Assembly: GCF_035301925.1 (NCBI RefSeq)
Contig: NZ_DATGTI010000088.1
Location: 3 to 64,002 of the forward strand
DNA from: Lentibacillus sp.
GTDB lineage: Bacteria; Bacillota; Bacilli; Bacillales; Amphibacillaceae
Reading direction: 5' to 3'
Length of the DNA stretch: 64,000 nucleotides
How positions within the stretch are numbered: the first letter of the stretch is position 1; each line of letters opens with the position of its first letter. This document shows positions 46,404 to 56,116 of the stretch, piece by piece. The notes below the pieces were generated by a model, which searched no databases, was not told the DNA's origin, and saw only the letters and a list, made by a program, of their open reading frames with translations. The position numbers and the translations under genes are program-made.

Positions 46404-48119
46404 ATGGATATGCAGCACATACCTGCACAAGACGGTAAGTACAACCTGCAAAACTATGAAAACATGCGTGAGACGTTTTCATGGGATGATGTCAAACAAC
46501 ACTTCAGCTGGAATGAGACGGGTAAAGTCAACATAGCGTATGAGGCTGTAGACCGCCATGCAGAAGATCCCAGTAAAAAAGATAAAGCTGCGTTATTATA
46601 TTCGTCACCCGATCGTGAGGAAAAAGTAACGTTTAGTGAATTAAGCAAGCGGAGCAATCAATTTGCAAACGTGTTGAAAAAATATGGGGTTGAAAAAGGC
46701 GATCGTATATTTCTTTTCCTTCCGAGAAGCCCGGAATTTTATGTCACGTTTTTCGGTATTTTAAAAACCGGTGCCATTGCCGGGCCGTTATTTGAAGCGT
46801 TTATGGAGCAGGCAGTTCGTGATCGTTTGCATGACAGTGAAGCAAGCATGCTGATTACAACGCCGGATTTACTTGAACGGATTCCGCAAGACGACTTACC
46901 TGCTCTTAAAAAAATCATTCTTGTGGGTGAAAATAGTGAAACGTCCGATAAATACCTCGATTATCATCAGGAAATGGCGGATGCATCAATCGATTTTGAT
47001 ATTGAGTGGGTTGATCTTGAGGATGGTATGCTTATTCACTATACATCCGGATCCACTGGTAAGCCAAAAGGTGTCTATCACGTTCACAATGCGATGATCC
47101 AACATTATGCCACTGCTGAGTGGGTACTGGATTTACGTGAAGATGATGTTTACTGGTGCACGGCTGACCCGGGCTGGGTAACCGGAACAAGTTACGGCAT
47201 TTTTGCCCCATGGCTTCACGGTGTCACAAATGTCGTCCGCGGCGGTCGTTTCAGCCCTGACGACTGGTATGGCACGATTGATAAATATAATGTGACAGTT
47301 TGGTATACGGCACCAACTGCACTCCGGAAGCTGGTCAGTGCCGGTGAAGATGCTGTGAAAAAACATGATCTTTCATCATTGCGGCATATCATGAGTGTTG
47401 GGGAGCCACTGAATCCGGAAGTCATTACGTGGGGCTTGCAGACCTTCAATCTGAGAATTCACGATACATGGTGGATGACGGAAACAGGTGCACAGCTGAT
47501 CGCTAACCTGCCATCACAGGAAATTCGCCCAGGCTCAATGGGCAAACCGATTCCGGGCATCGAAGCATCAATTGTTGACAACGAAGGAAATGAAGTCCCG
47601 CCAAATCAAATGGGTAACCTGGCAATCAAAGCACCATGGCCGGCAATGATGCGTCAGATCTGGAAGCGACCGGAAAAATATGAGAGTTATTTTATCAATG
47701 GCTGGTATGTATCCGGCGATAGTGCCTATAAAGATGAGGACGGCTATTTTTGGTTTCAGGGCAGGCTGGATGATGTCATTAATACATCCGGTGAGCGTGT
47801 CGGACCATTTGAAGTTGAAAGCAAGCTGATTGAGCATCCTGCTGTTGCCGAAGCCGGTGTCATTGGTAAACCGGATCCTGCGCGCGGAGAAATTGTTAAA
47901 GCATTTATCACACTGAATAATGGTTATAAAGATTCAAGTGAACTGCTTGAAGATGTACGCCAATTTGTTAAAACCGGCTTAAGTGCCCATGCTGCACCGC
48001 GTGAACTGGAAATTAAAGATTCGATTCCAAAAACGCGCAGTGGTAAAATTATGCGCCGTCTGCTGAAGTCCTGGGAGTTAGGATTGCCAACGGGCGATAC
48101 GTCAACATTGGAGGAGTAA
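46404..48119 (+). CDS. acsA: Acetyl-CoA synthetase
   Basis: YTSGSTGKPKG, DTWWMTETG and PKTRSGKIMRR (acetylation lysine) motifs. Confidence 0.95.
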   Translation: MDMQHIPAQDGKYNLQNYENMRETFSWDDVKQHFSWNETGKVNIAYEAVDRHAEDPSKKDKAALLYSSPDREEKVTFSELSKRSNQFANVLKKYGVEKGDRIFLFLPRSPEFYVTFFGILKTGAIAGPLFEAFMEQAVRDRLHDSEASMLITTPDLLERIPQDDLPALKKIILVGENSETSDKYLDYHQEMADASIDFDIEWVDLEDGMLIHYTSGSTGKPKGVYHVHNAMIQHYATAEWVLDLREDDVYWCTADPGWVTGTSYGIFAPWLHGVTNVVRGGRFSPDDWYGTIDKYNVTVWYTAPTALRKLVSAGEDAVKKHDLSSLRHIMSVGEPLNPEVITWGLQTFNLRIHDTWWMTETGAQLIANLPSQEIRPGSMGKPIPGIEASIVDNEGNEVPPNQMGNLAIKAPWPAMMRQIWKRPEKYESYFINGWYVSGDSAYKDEDGYFWFQGRLDDVINTSGERVGPFEVESKLIEHPAVAEAGVIGKPDPARGEIVKAFITLNNGYKDSSELLEDVRQFVKTGLSAHAAPRELEIKDSIPKTRSGKIMRRLLKSWELGLPTGDTSTLEE

Positions 48120-48283
48120 AATGAGGAGGCTGTCACAATTACGTGACAGTCTCATTTAAGGCAATCATTTTTTAAGTAAGTTACTTGTGGAAAGCGCCTT
48201 AATGGTACTAAAATGATAATGAAACAAGTTTTGCCTTTATTAGTAAAATGTTTATATACCAACATCTAAAGGAGTGAATTCAA

Positions 48284-48799
48284 ATGGCTAAAATAGCAAC
48301 TGTTATGACAGACATGTTTGAGGATGTTGAATATACAGATCCGGCTAAGGCTTTCAAGGATGCCGGACATGAAGTGGTAACAATTGGTCCGGAAAAAGGT
48401 AAAGACGTGACAGGTAAAAATAAAGAAGTGACGATCACGGTTGATGAATCAATTGCTGATGTAAAGCCGGAAGCATTTGATGCATTGTTTATTCCCGGTG
48501 GTTTTTCACCGGACATGCTGCGTGCAGATGAACGGTTCGTCAAGTTCGCCAAACAATTCATGGACGACAAAAAACCAGTATTCTCGATCTGTCATGGTGC
48601 GCAATTGCTGATTACGGCAAAAGCACTGGAAGGACGTAAGGCAACTGGCTTCAAATCCATCCACGTGGATATGGAATATGCAGGAGCGGATGTACTGGAT
48701 CAGGAAGTCGTCGTGTGCAGCAATCAGCTGGTGACAAGCCGCCAGCCGGATGACATTCCTGCGTTTAACAGGGAAGCATTGAATCTTTTAAGCGGCTGA
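48284..48799 (+). CDS. PfpI/DJ-1 family protein (YfkM/YraA-like)
   Basis: FEDVEY, IPGGFSPD, ICHG and TSRQPDD motifs. Confidence 0.92.
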   Translation: MAKIATVMTDMFEDVEYTDPAKAFKDAGHEVVTIGPEKGKDVTGKNKEVTITVDESIADVKPEAFDALFIPGGFSPDMLRADERFVKFAKQFMDDKKPVFSICHGAQLLITAKALEGRKATGFKSIHVDMEYAGADVLDQEVVVCSNQLVTSRQPDDIPAFNREALNLLSG

Positions 48800-48800
48800 C

Positions 48801-48844
48801 AAAAATCCCCCGATCGCTTGAACAGCGGTTAAGGGGGATTTTTT
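48801..48844. terminator. Bidirectional terminator between convergent genes
   Basis: AAAAATCCCC...GGGGATTTTTT inverted repeat. Confidence 0.75.
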
Positions 48845-50133
48845 CAATCCAATTTCCGGATTGTAAAGTTATCCTGCAGGAGCAGCCAGTTTTGTGGAAA
48901 TGCCAAACCTAATTTCCAGTAGCTTATTCCCAGCAAATTCAATTCTTTGATCATATCAAATTTCGCCTGAATCGATCGTGCATCCTCAAACCATACTTCA
49001 TGATTGTTCCCCTGTGTATCTGTATACGTGTAGAAGGGTGCCTGTGCTTCGGTATCATATTGAATGGCCACATTTTGTTCGCGTGCTCGTGTAATCGCTT
49101 CCTGGGGACTGATGGCTTCAGCAGGTTCGCCGCCCTCTACAAATGGCAGCGTCCAGTCATAGCCGTATAAATTTTGTCCAAGTAAAATTTTATTTGCCGG
49201 CATAACACTCAATGCGAAATTAACGACTTTCCGTACTTCATCGATCGGTGATACAGCTAGTGGTGGTCCATAACTATAGCCCCATTCGTACGTCATGAGC
49301 ACTACAAAGTCAGCAATTTCACCATGTGCTGCATAATCATGCGCTTCATACCAAGCACCGGTCTGTTCTGTGCTTGTTTTCGGCGCCAGTGCAGTGGACA
49401 TTAATAAATTCTCTTCTGATAAGCGCTGTTTTGCTTTTCGCAAAAAATTATTGTAAGCTTCACGGTCTTCGGGCGGCAGAAATTCAAAGTCAAAATGGAC
49501 ATCACTGAACCCGACTTCATTCGCCACATTGATGATATTGTCCAGTAATGTATTCTGTACAGCTTGAACAGTCACGATAATATGTCCAAGTTCCTGGCTG
49601 AACTCTCCTTCCTCAAGGTTGGTAACCACAAGCATCAGTGAGGTATTTTGACTGGCGGCAATTTGTGCAAAGTTATTCAGCGGCGGAGCTGTCAGCGTGC
49701 CATCACGGTTGATCTGATAGCTGAAAGGTGCCAGGTAGGTCAGGTATGGCGTTGTTTTGGTGGCGGCGTTGATTAGCGTTTGGGAAACTTCTTCCCCCGT
49801 AGGCTCGATATAGGCATTTGCAGTGATTTCCGGTTTTGGTTGCTCGGGAATATATAATCGTGTCCCCACAGATAGTGTACTTCCAACCGGAATATTGTTA
49901 CTTTGCGCAAGCTGTTCAGCAGAAAGACCAAATTGCTGGCCAATCGAATATAAGCTGTCTCCCTCTTGGACAAAATAAAATTGCCCAATAATAGGAATGA
50001 CCAGTGTCTGGCCTGGCACAAGGTTATTTGGAGCGTCGAGTTCGTTTGCATCTATCAAATCCGCTGGCACAGTTCCGTATGTATTAGCAATGTTATAAAG
50101 CGTATCGCCTTGCTGTACCACATGAATCTGCAA
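48844..50133 (-). CDS. yaaH: Spore cortex-lytic LysM-LysM-GH18 N-acetylglucosaminidase (YaaH/SleL)
   Basis: Two LysM repeats, HFDFE catalytic motif, LMTYEWG and VWFEDARS. Confidence 0.93.
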   Translation of the reverse strand: MQIHVVQQGDTLYNIANTYGTVPADLIDANELDAPNNLVPGQTLVIPIIGQFYFVQEGDSLYSIGQQFGLSAEQLAQSNNIPVGSTLSVGTRLYIPEQPKPEITANAYIEPTGEEVSQTLINAATKTTPYLTYLAPFSYQINRDGTLTAPPLNNFAQIAASQNTSLMLVVTNLEEGEFSQELGHIIVTVQAVQNTLLDNIINVANEVGFSDVHFDFEFLPPEDREAYNNFLRKAKQRLSEENLLMSTALAPKTSTEQTGAWYEAHDYAAHGEIADFVVLMTYEWGYSYGPPLAVSPIDEVRKVVNFALSVMPANKILLGQNLYGYDWTLPFVEGGEPAEAISPQEAITRAREQNVAIQYDTEAQAPFYTYTDTQGNNHEVWFEDARSIQAKFDMIKELNLLGISYWKLGLAFPQNWLLLQDNFTIRKLD

Positions 50134-50196
50134 AAAATCCCCTCCCTTAAATTCATTTCCTCTTATACAATATGAATTAAGCGGAGAGGATATAAC

Positions 50197-50730
50197 TTAA
50201 ATTGGATCAATGACAGCATCCATAACGGAACGCATGAGATAGAGCGCGTATTCGTTGCCGTCTTTTTCTTCGGATGCCATACAATTTTCCGGAATATGCA
50301 TCGTATATTTATACATATAAGCATCCTTTGCCGTAAACAAAATGCAAATGTCGCCGGCGATTCCGGCCATGATCAGATGTGTTCTGCCAAGGTCGTTTAA
50401 CAGGGCATGCAATGGCGTCTGGAAAAAGGCTGAATGCTGTGGTTTAATCAGGAAATAATCCGAATCATCCGGTTTTATTTCATGAATGATATGCCTGTTT
50501 CGGCTGTTTTGACAGTGGTTGAGAATTTTCCGGAAGTCTGAGTGCCAAGTGCCGTAATGATCATTGATGTAAATGATGGGAATGTCATTTTCTTTTCCGA
50601 ACTGCCTCAACCTTTTTAAATCAGGTAAAATAGTTTCTGTATATTTCAGCAGTTTGCCACTGCCGTCAAAGTTAAAATCATTTATAATATCAATAAATAG
50701 AATGGCACTGTTATCAATAGACGTATCCAT
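50197..50730 (-). CDS. yaaI: Isochorismatase family hydrolase YaaI
   Basis: IDIINDF, KPQHSAF and GIAGDICILFTA motifs; divergent from tadA. Confidence 0.88.
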   Translation of the reverse strand: MDTSIDNSAILFIDIINDFNFDGSGKLLKYTETILPDLKRLRQFGKENDIPIIYINDHYGTWHSDFRKILNHCQNSRNRHIIHEIKPDDSDYFLIKPQHSAFFQTPLHALLNDLGRTHLIMAGIAGDICILFTAKDAYMYKYTMHIPENCMASEEKDGNEYALYLMRSVMDAVIDPI

Positions 50731-50796
50731 AAAGCGACTCCTTTCTTCTTTCAGTTTTTCCTTTATAATTGATTTCAAACGTTACGAGGTGTTGAA

Positions 50797-51258
50797 ATGG
50801 AAAAAGATGCTGTATATATGCGGGAAGCCATCAAACAGGCTGGAAAGGCAAAAGAAGTGCATGAGGTACCGATTGGAGCGGTGATTGTTTATCGGGATGA
50901 GATCATCGCAACAGGTTATAATGTCCGTGAAATATCGCAGAAAACATTATCACATGCGGAACTTTTTGCCATTGAGGAGGCAAACCGAAAAATTGGGAGC
51001 TGGCGGCTCGAGGACTGTACCTTGTATGTTACGCTTGAACCGTGTCCAATGTGCGCTGGGGCGCTTGTCCAGTCACGCATTAAACGGGTTGTGTTTGGGG
51101 CACCGGATCCGAAAGCAGGTTGCGCAAGTACGCTGATGAATCTGCTGCAGTACGAGCGGTTTAATCATCAGGCTGACGTGACGGGCGGTGTATTGGAAGC
51201 TGAGTGCAGTGCTATGCTGACGGCGTTTTTCCGGGAGCTTCGGCAAAAGAAATCATAA
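50797..51258 (+). CDS. tadA: tRNA adenosine(34) deaminase
   Basis: EVPIGAVI, HAE and TLEPCPMC motifs. Confidence 0.96.
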   Translation: MEKDAVYMREAIKQAGKAKEVHEVPIGAVIVYRDEIIATGYNVREISQKTLSHAELFAIEEANRKIGSWRLEDCTLYVTLEPCPMCAGALVQSRIKRVVFGAPDPKAGCASTLMNLLQYERFNHQADVTGGVLEAECSAMLTAFFRELRQKKS

Positions 51259-51417
51259 TTTAAGAAAGATTACTAACCCCCGGTTATCAGTGAAATACGT
51301 CTATCAACAAGTTTTCTAATTGTATCCTTCTTACCGGCGGGACAGAAAATTGACTGTAAAATGTATCCACTTCCTGATTATGATTGCATTTTACATGAAA
51401 TATAAGTATAATAATGA

Positions 51418-51688
51418 TTGCCGTGCTAAGCGGGGAGGTAGCGGTGCCCTGTACTCGCAATCCGCTATAGCGAGGTCGAATTCCCATTTGAGGCTGGATG
51501 TCTTTAAGGCCTGCCTCAAGGGAGTGGTGTTGACGCCCAGGTCCTGCGCAACAGGAACCCATGAACCCTGTCAGATCCGGAAGGAAGCAGCAGTAAGTGG
51601 TCATTCTTGTGTGCCGCGGGGAAGCCTGAGCCGAGCCATGAACTTGGGTAACGCTTAGGGACATCCGGTCAACAATGGGTGCACGGTA
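51418..51688 (+). ncRNA. ffs: Signal recognition particle RNA (large Bacillus type, scr)
   Basis: GCCGTGC...GCACGG closing stem, Alu domain and TCAGATCCGGAAGGAAGCAGC helix 8; lies between tadA and dnaX. Confidence 0.97.
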
Positions 51689-51989
51689 TACATAATAAAG
51701 AAAGACTGTACCAATGTCATCGTGACAGTGGTGCAGTTTTTTTCATATCTATGGAAAATTTATTAACATAGAGCTGTTTATCTTCATTTTTTAGAATCAT
51801 TAGCAATTTTAAGCAAATTCATCAGTAATTTTACACATTCTATCAGCAACTTTTGGGTGTTCATCAGAATTTGCGTCTTACCTGTCTATATCCTAAGACT
51901 AAATTTTAACTAATCATCCGTCAGGGTTCACATTCACCTATAAAATCGAGTATAATTTAGATAGAAATAAAAAAGGGGAAACGTTCATT

Positions 51990-53681
51990 ATGAGCTATCA
52001 GGCACTATACCGCGTATGGCGGCCAAAAACCTTCCAGGATGTTGTCGGACAGACCCACATTACGAAAACACTGCAGAATGCGATTGTTCAAGAAAAATTT
52101 TCGCATGCCTATATATTCTCCGGGCCACGGGGAACCGGAAAAACGAGTGCCGCGAAGATTTTTGCGAAAACGATCAATTGTGAACATGCCCCTGTCAAAG
52201 AACCGTGTAATGAATGTGCATCCTGCCGCGGTATTCAGGATGGTTCGATTAACGATATTATCGAAATGGATGCGGCATCAAATACAAGTGTTGAAGATGT
52301 CCGCGAGATACGAGATAAAGTCAAGTATGCCGCCAGCTCAGTTCCATATAAAGTGTACATTATCGACGAAGTGCACATGATTTCCACAAGTGCGTTCAAC
52401 GCCTTACTGAAAACGCTCGAGGAACCGCCGAAACACGTTGTCTTCATCTTGGCGACGACTGAACCGCATAAAATTCCGCTGACGGTAGCTTCGAGGTGTC
52501 AGCGTTTTGACTTCAAACCAATCTCGAACAAGTCCATTGTTGAGCGGATGCGAACAGTTATTGAAGCTGAACAAATAACTGTTTCGGATGAAGCATTGGA
52601 AACTGTTGCACTTGCCGCAGAGGGCGGTATGCGGGATGCGCTCAGTATTCTTGATCAGGCGATTTCATATAGTGATGAAGAGGTACAACTGGAAGATGTA
52701 CTTGCTGTCACGGGTGGTGTGGCACAGGGGATATTGACAGACGTTGTCAAAGCCATGCATGATCAGGACGTACAGAAAGCTCTATCACTGCTTGATGATT
52801 TGATTCAGAACGGAAAAGATCCGGCACGTTTTGTGTATGACCTGATTTATTTTTTGCGCGATCTGCTGCTGTACAAAAGTGCGCCAAGCCTTGAGGATAT
52901 ATTGGAACGTGCCATGGTTGATGAATCATTCAGAGAGCTCGCCGGAAATGTTTCAGAAGACTGGACCCAGGAGACAATCACCCACCTGAACCAGTGCCAA
53001 CAGGAAATCAAATGGTCAACCAGCCCGAAAGTGTTTATCGAGATTGCCATTTTGACGATAACCAATCGAGGCAACCGACAGGACGCACCGGCGAATGTCG
53101 CTGATGCTGATACGGTTTCAAAGCTTATGGGAAGAATTGAGCATCTGGAAAAAGAATTGACTGCTTTGAAGGAATCACCGGCAGCTGCAAAGCAGCCAGC
53201 ACCGGCAAAAGAACCGAGACGATCGAACCCGAGATCGGCGAAAAACCGTTACAATGTGCCGTATGAGAAAATCCGCCGTGTGCTGGATGCAGCGGAAAGA
53301 TCAATCCTTAAAGAAGTCCAGTCACAATGGGCGTCATTTTTAAGTCAACTGAAATCGACAAGCGCCCCGGCACATGCTACAATACAGGACAGCAAGCCTG
53401 CTGCCGCGTCAAGTGATTCCCTGGTCGTCCAATTTAAATACGAAATTCATTGTTCACTGTTTTTGGATAACCGGGAAACTGTGGAGTCGGTGCTGGCAAG
53501 AGTGACGGGCAAGAAGTGGACGATTATACCAATACCTGCGAATAATTGGCAGGAGCTGCGCAATGAATATCTGAGCAGACAAGAGCAATCAGCAGCCAAA
53601 GAAGAACAGCAGACGGACCCTCTTGTGGAAGAAGCCCGTAAGCTGGTAGGGGATGAGCTGCTTGAAATTCACGATGAATAG
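51990..53681 (+). CDS. dnaX: DNA polymerase III subunit gamma/tau
   Basis: [25 protein letters not shown] and SRCQ motifs. Confidence 0.98.
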   Translation: MSYQALYRVWRPKTFQDVVGQTHITKTLQNAIVQEKFSHAYIFSGPRGTGKTSAAKIFAKTINCEHAPVKEPCNECASCRGIQDGSINDIIEMDAASNTSVEDVREIRDKVKYAASSVPYKVYIIDEVHMISTSAFNALLKTLEEPPKHVVFILATTEPHKIPLTVASRCQRFDFKPISNKSIVERMRTVIEAEQITVSDEALETVALAAEGGMRDALSILDQAISYSDEEVQLEDVLAVTGGVAQGILTDVVKAMHDQDVQKALSLLDDLIQNGKDPARFVYDLIYFLRDLLLYKSAPSLEDILERAMVDESFRELAGNVSEDWTQETITHLNQCQQEIKWSTSPKVFIEIAILTITNRGNRQDAPANVADADTVSKLMGRIEHLEKELTALKESPAAAKQPAPAKEPRRSNPRSAKNRYNVPYEKIRRVLDAAERSILKEVQSQWASFLSQLKSTSAPAHATIQDSKPAAASSDSLVVQFKYEIHCSLFLDNRETVESVLARVTGKKWTIIPIPANNWQELRNEYLSRQEQSAAKEEQQTDPLVEEARKLVGDELLEIHDE

Positions 53682-53707
53682 ATCATTTTTCTAGGAGGCG
53701 TTTTTTT

Positions 53708-54025
53708 ATGAAAGGCAATATGAACAATATGATGAAGCAAATGCAAAAGATGCAGAAGAAAATGATGAAGGCGCAGGAAGAGTTGCATGAAATGACATTT
53801 GAAGCATCAGCCGGGGGTGGCATGGTTAAAGTGACGGCCAATGGTAAAAAAGAAATAACAGATGTTGAGATTTCTGAAGAAGTGGTCGATCCCGACGATA
53901 TTGATATGCTTCAGGACCTGATTTTAACAGCTACAAACGATGTCATTCAGCAAATCGAAGACAAAACCAACGAAACGATGGGACAATTCACAAAAGGAAT
54001 GAATCTGCCCGGCGGAATGTTCTAA
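53708..54025 (+). CDS. yaaK: YbaB/EbfC nucleoid-associated protein
   Basis: [12 protein letters not shown] and [12 protein letters not shown] motifs. Confidence 0.95.
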   Translation: MKGNMNNMMKQMQKMQKKMMKAQEELHEMTFEASAGGGMVKVTANGKKEITDVEISEEVVDPDDIDMLQDLILTATNDVIQQIEDKTNETMGQFTKGMNLPGGMF

Positions 54026-54055
54026 CGTCAGAAAAGAAATAGGATAGTTGACCTT

Positions 54056-54095
54056 ATAAGAAAAACTTCGGCATTCGAATGCCGAGTTTTTCTAA
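54056..54095. repeat. Short REP-like palindrome
   Basis: AGAAAAACTTCGGCATTCGAATGCCGAGTTTTTCT; related copy at ~55379-55410. Confidence 0.55.
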
Positions 54096-54109
54096 TGGGA
54101 GGCATATGC

Positions 54110-54706
54110 ATGTATTATCCGGAACCGATTTCCAAACTGATTGACAGTTTCACAAAATTGCCAGGGATCGGCCCTAAAACCGCTGTCCGTCTGGCATTTT
54201 TTGTGTTAAACATGAAAGATGATGATGTGGTGGAGTTTGCCAAATCATTGGTGAATGCTAAACGTGAATTAACACACTGCTCAACTTGCGGTCATATCAC
54301 AGACCAGGATCCATGTGCGATATGTCAGGATACGTCAAGAGATGGCTCGATTATCTGTGTTGTGCAGGATCCGAAAGATGTGATTGCCATGGAAAAAATG
54401 AAAGAATATAACGGAAAATATCATGTGCTGCACGGTGCCATTTCACCGATGGATGGTATTGGTCCTGAAGATATCAATGTGCCGGATCTGATCAATCGGC
54501 TAAAAGATGAAGCGGTCGAGGAGCTGATTCTGGCTACGAACCCGAATATTGAAGGGGAAGCGACAGCGATGTATATTTCCCGTCTTGTTAAGCCATCAGG
54601 CATTAAAACGAGTCGGATTGCCCACGGATTGCCGGTTGGCGGTGACCTTGAATACGCAGATGAAGTGACGCTGTCTAAAGCACTGGAAGGCAGACGAGAT
54701 TTATAA
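54110..54706 (+). CDS. recR: Recombination mediator RecR
   Basis: [10 protein letters not shown]4 zinc finger and [12 protein letters not shown]. Confidence 0.98.
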   Translation: MYYPEPISKLIDSFTKLPGIGPKTAVRLAFFVLNMKDDDVVEFAKSLVNAKRELTHCSTCGHITDQDPCAICQDTSRDGSIICVVQDPKDVIAMEKMKEYNGKYHVLHGAISPMDGIGPEDINVPDLINRLKDEAVEELILATNPNIEGEATAMYISRLVKPSGIKTSRIAHGLPVGGDLEYADEVTLSKALEGRRDL

Positions 54707-54721
54707 AGACAGGTGAGGCGT

Positions 54722-54940
54722 ATGGGAAGAAAAAGACGGAAACGAGAAGTGGACGAGCAATTATTGGATTCATTGTTTTTATTGGAACATGAATGGAAGG
54801 TCATGCAATCGATTGTGAAAAAAAGTATCGAACCGACTGAAGAAGGGTTTTATAAAGAGGGTATCGCACAAGCTAAATATTTATATCTATTACGGGAAGC
54901 CAGACACCGGAAAATCAGTGCTATCCGCTACAATCAATAG
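54722..54940 (+). CDS. yaaL: YaaL family protein (DUF2508)
   Basis: AKYLYLLREAR motif; lies between recR and bofA. Confidence 0.85.
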   Translation: MGRKRRKREVDEQLLDSLFLLEHEWKVMQSIVKKSIEPTEEGFYKEGIAQAKYLYLLREARHRKISAIRYNQ

Positions 54941-55010
54941 ATTTCAGTTCTTTTTCCTTATATCCTTTCATATATAAATAGAAAGGGACAAGGAAAAGGA
55001 GTGATTCGGC

Positions 55011-55277
55011 ATGAGCTCGACATTGGTCATTTCGATCATGGTGGTATTAATCGTTATTCTATTATTTGTAGGTGCTCCTGTTAAACCAATACGTTTCATC
55101 GCGAACAGTACTGTGAAACTGGGAATCGGCATATTGTTCCTGTTCTTCTTTAACGTATTCGGTGGAACAATAGGCCTGCATATCCCTATAAATCTATTTA
55201 CAGTGATCGTCTCGGGATTTTTGGGTTTGTTTGGCCTGACTTCGCTTGCCGCCATTCACCTATTTATCCTGCCGTAA
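55011..55277 (+). CDS. bofA: Pro-sigmaK processing inhibitor BofA
   Basis: GLHIPINLFT..GFLG motif; synteny. Confidence 0.92.
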   Translation: MSSTLVISIMVVLIVILLFVGAPVKPIRFIANSTVKLGIGILFLFFFNVFGGTIGLHIPINLFTVIVSGFLGLFGLTSLAAIHLFILP

Positions 55278-55476
55278 AAAATTGTTCTGGCCTGCCTTCG
55301 TTCAATTTGTAAAGAGATAAGCTCTCCTCGCATATACTTTCATTGCAGCGTCAGTAAAGTTAAAATCCAGGGTATCACTATAAAACTTGGTGAAAGCCAG
55401 GTTTTTCTAAAAAAGTTTCAATGATTCGTATAAAATTCGTTAGATTAGGAGATACTAAGCTAACGGAGGTGGGGAC

Positions 55477-55668
55477 ATGGAACGAAAAAAAGAAATGGAA
55501 CGGTGCGGTATTTGCGAAGAAGAAAAGGAATGGGGCATTCATTTATATAAACTATTCATTTGCTGTGAATGTGAAAAAAACATGATTCATACCGAACCAC
55601 GCGAAGAAAAATATCGCTATTATCTGCAAAAATTAAAAAATATGAATCAACCAACACTATATTCCTAA
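55477..55668 (+). CDS. csfB: Anti-sigma-G factor CsfB/Gin
   Basis: CxxC..GIHL..FICxxCE zinc finger; synteny. Confidence 0.9.
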   Translation: MERKKEMERCGICEEEKEWGIHLYKLFICCECEKNMIHTEPREEKYRYYLQKLKNMNQPTLYS

Positions 55669-55723
55669 TCACTCAATAGGTCTCCTGCAAAATCTTTGCA
55701 GGAGCCTTTTTTACTGGATTATG

Positions 55724-55849
55724 ATAAATTGAAACTTCATTCAACAAGGCGCTCTGTCCCTGTTGAATGTTAGTTGAACCGAATCGGGCATTTAAGGTCA
55801 GTTTTCCCCCGTTTTTTGGGGGATTACTGACCATTATATGCGGGGTAAA
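55724..55849 (-). repeat. bcr1-like repeat, short form (copy 8), first unit of a tandem pair
   Basis: ATAAATTGAAACTTCATTCAAC..GAACCGAATCGGGCATTTAAGGTCAG..GCGGGGTAAA. Confidence 0.92.
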
Positions 55850-56088
55850 GTGAAACTTCATTCAACAAGGCGCTTTTTCCGCTGAAGAAGAGGAACAAAG
55901 GTTAAGAAGCAACGTCCTCGAAAAAGGAAAGCACTTTTTCTTCGTGCGATGCATCGCTGCCGCAGCTTTCCTTGTCCTGTTGCAACGCCTTTGTGACCTG
56001 CATTGTAAAGGCCCGAAGAGAATCGGACATTTACGGACAGTCAGCCGCCGTTTTCCGGCTGGTTACTGACCATTACATATGGGATGAA
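55845..56088 (-). repeat. bcr1-like repeat, long form (copy 9), second unit of a tandem pair
   Basis: Starts at the shared GTAAA; TCCT repeats at 55915 and 55975; ends GGGATGAA. Confidence 0.92.
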
Positions 56089-56116
56089 AGATAGACATGC
56101 AAAAAAGGACGGATGG

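Noticed and set aside
39638-48799. Integrative element or prophage at tRNA-Ser or tRNA-Arg
   Set aside because: No integrase, and I found no duplicated tRNA 3' end (att site)
51287-51664. ORFs 51287-51664 and 51320-51658; likewise 33550-33858, 41456-41698, 39510-39882 and 17421-17958
   Set aside because: They overlap SRP RNA, T-boxes, tRNA, rpmH or oriC and are best explained as chance reading frames
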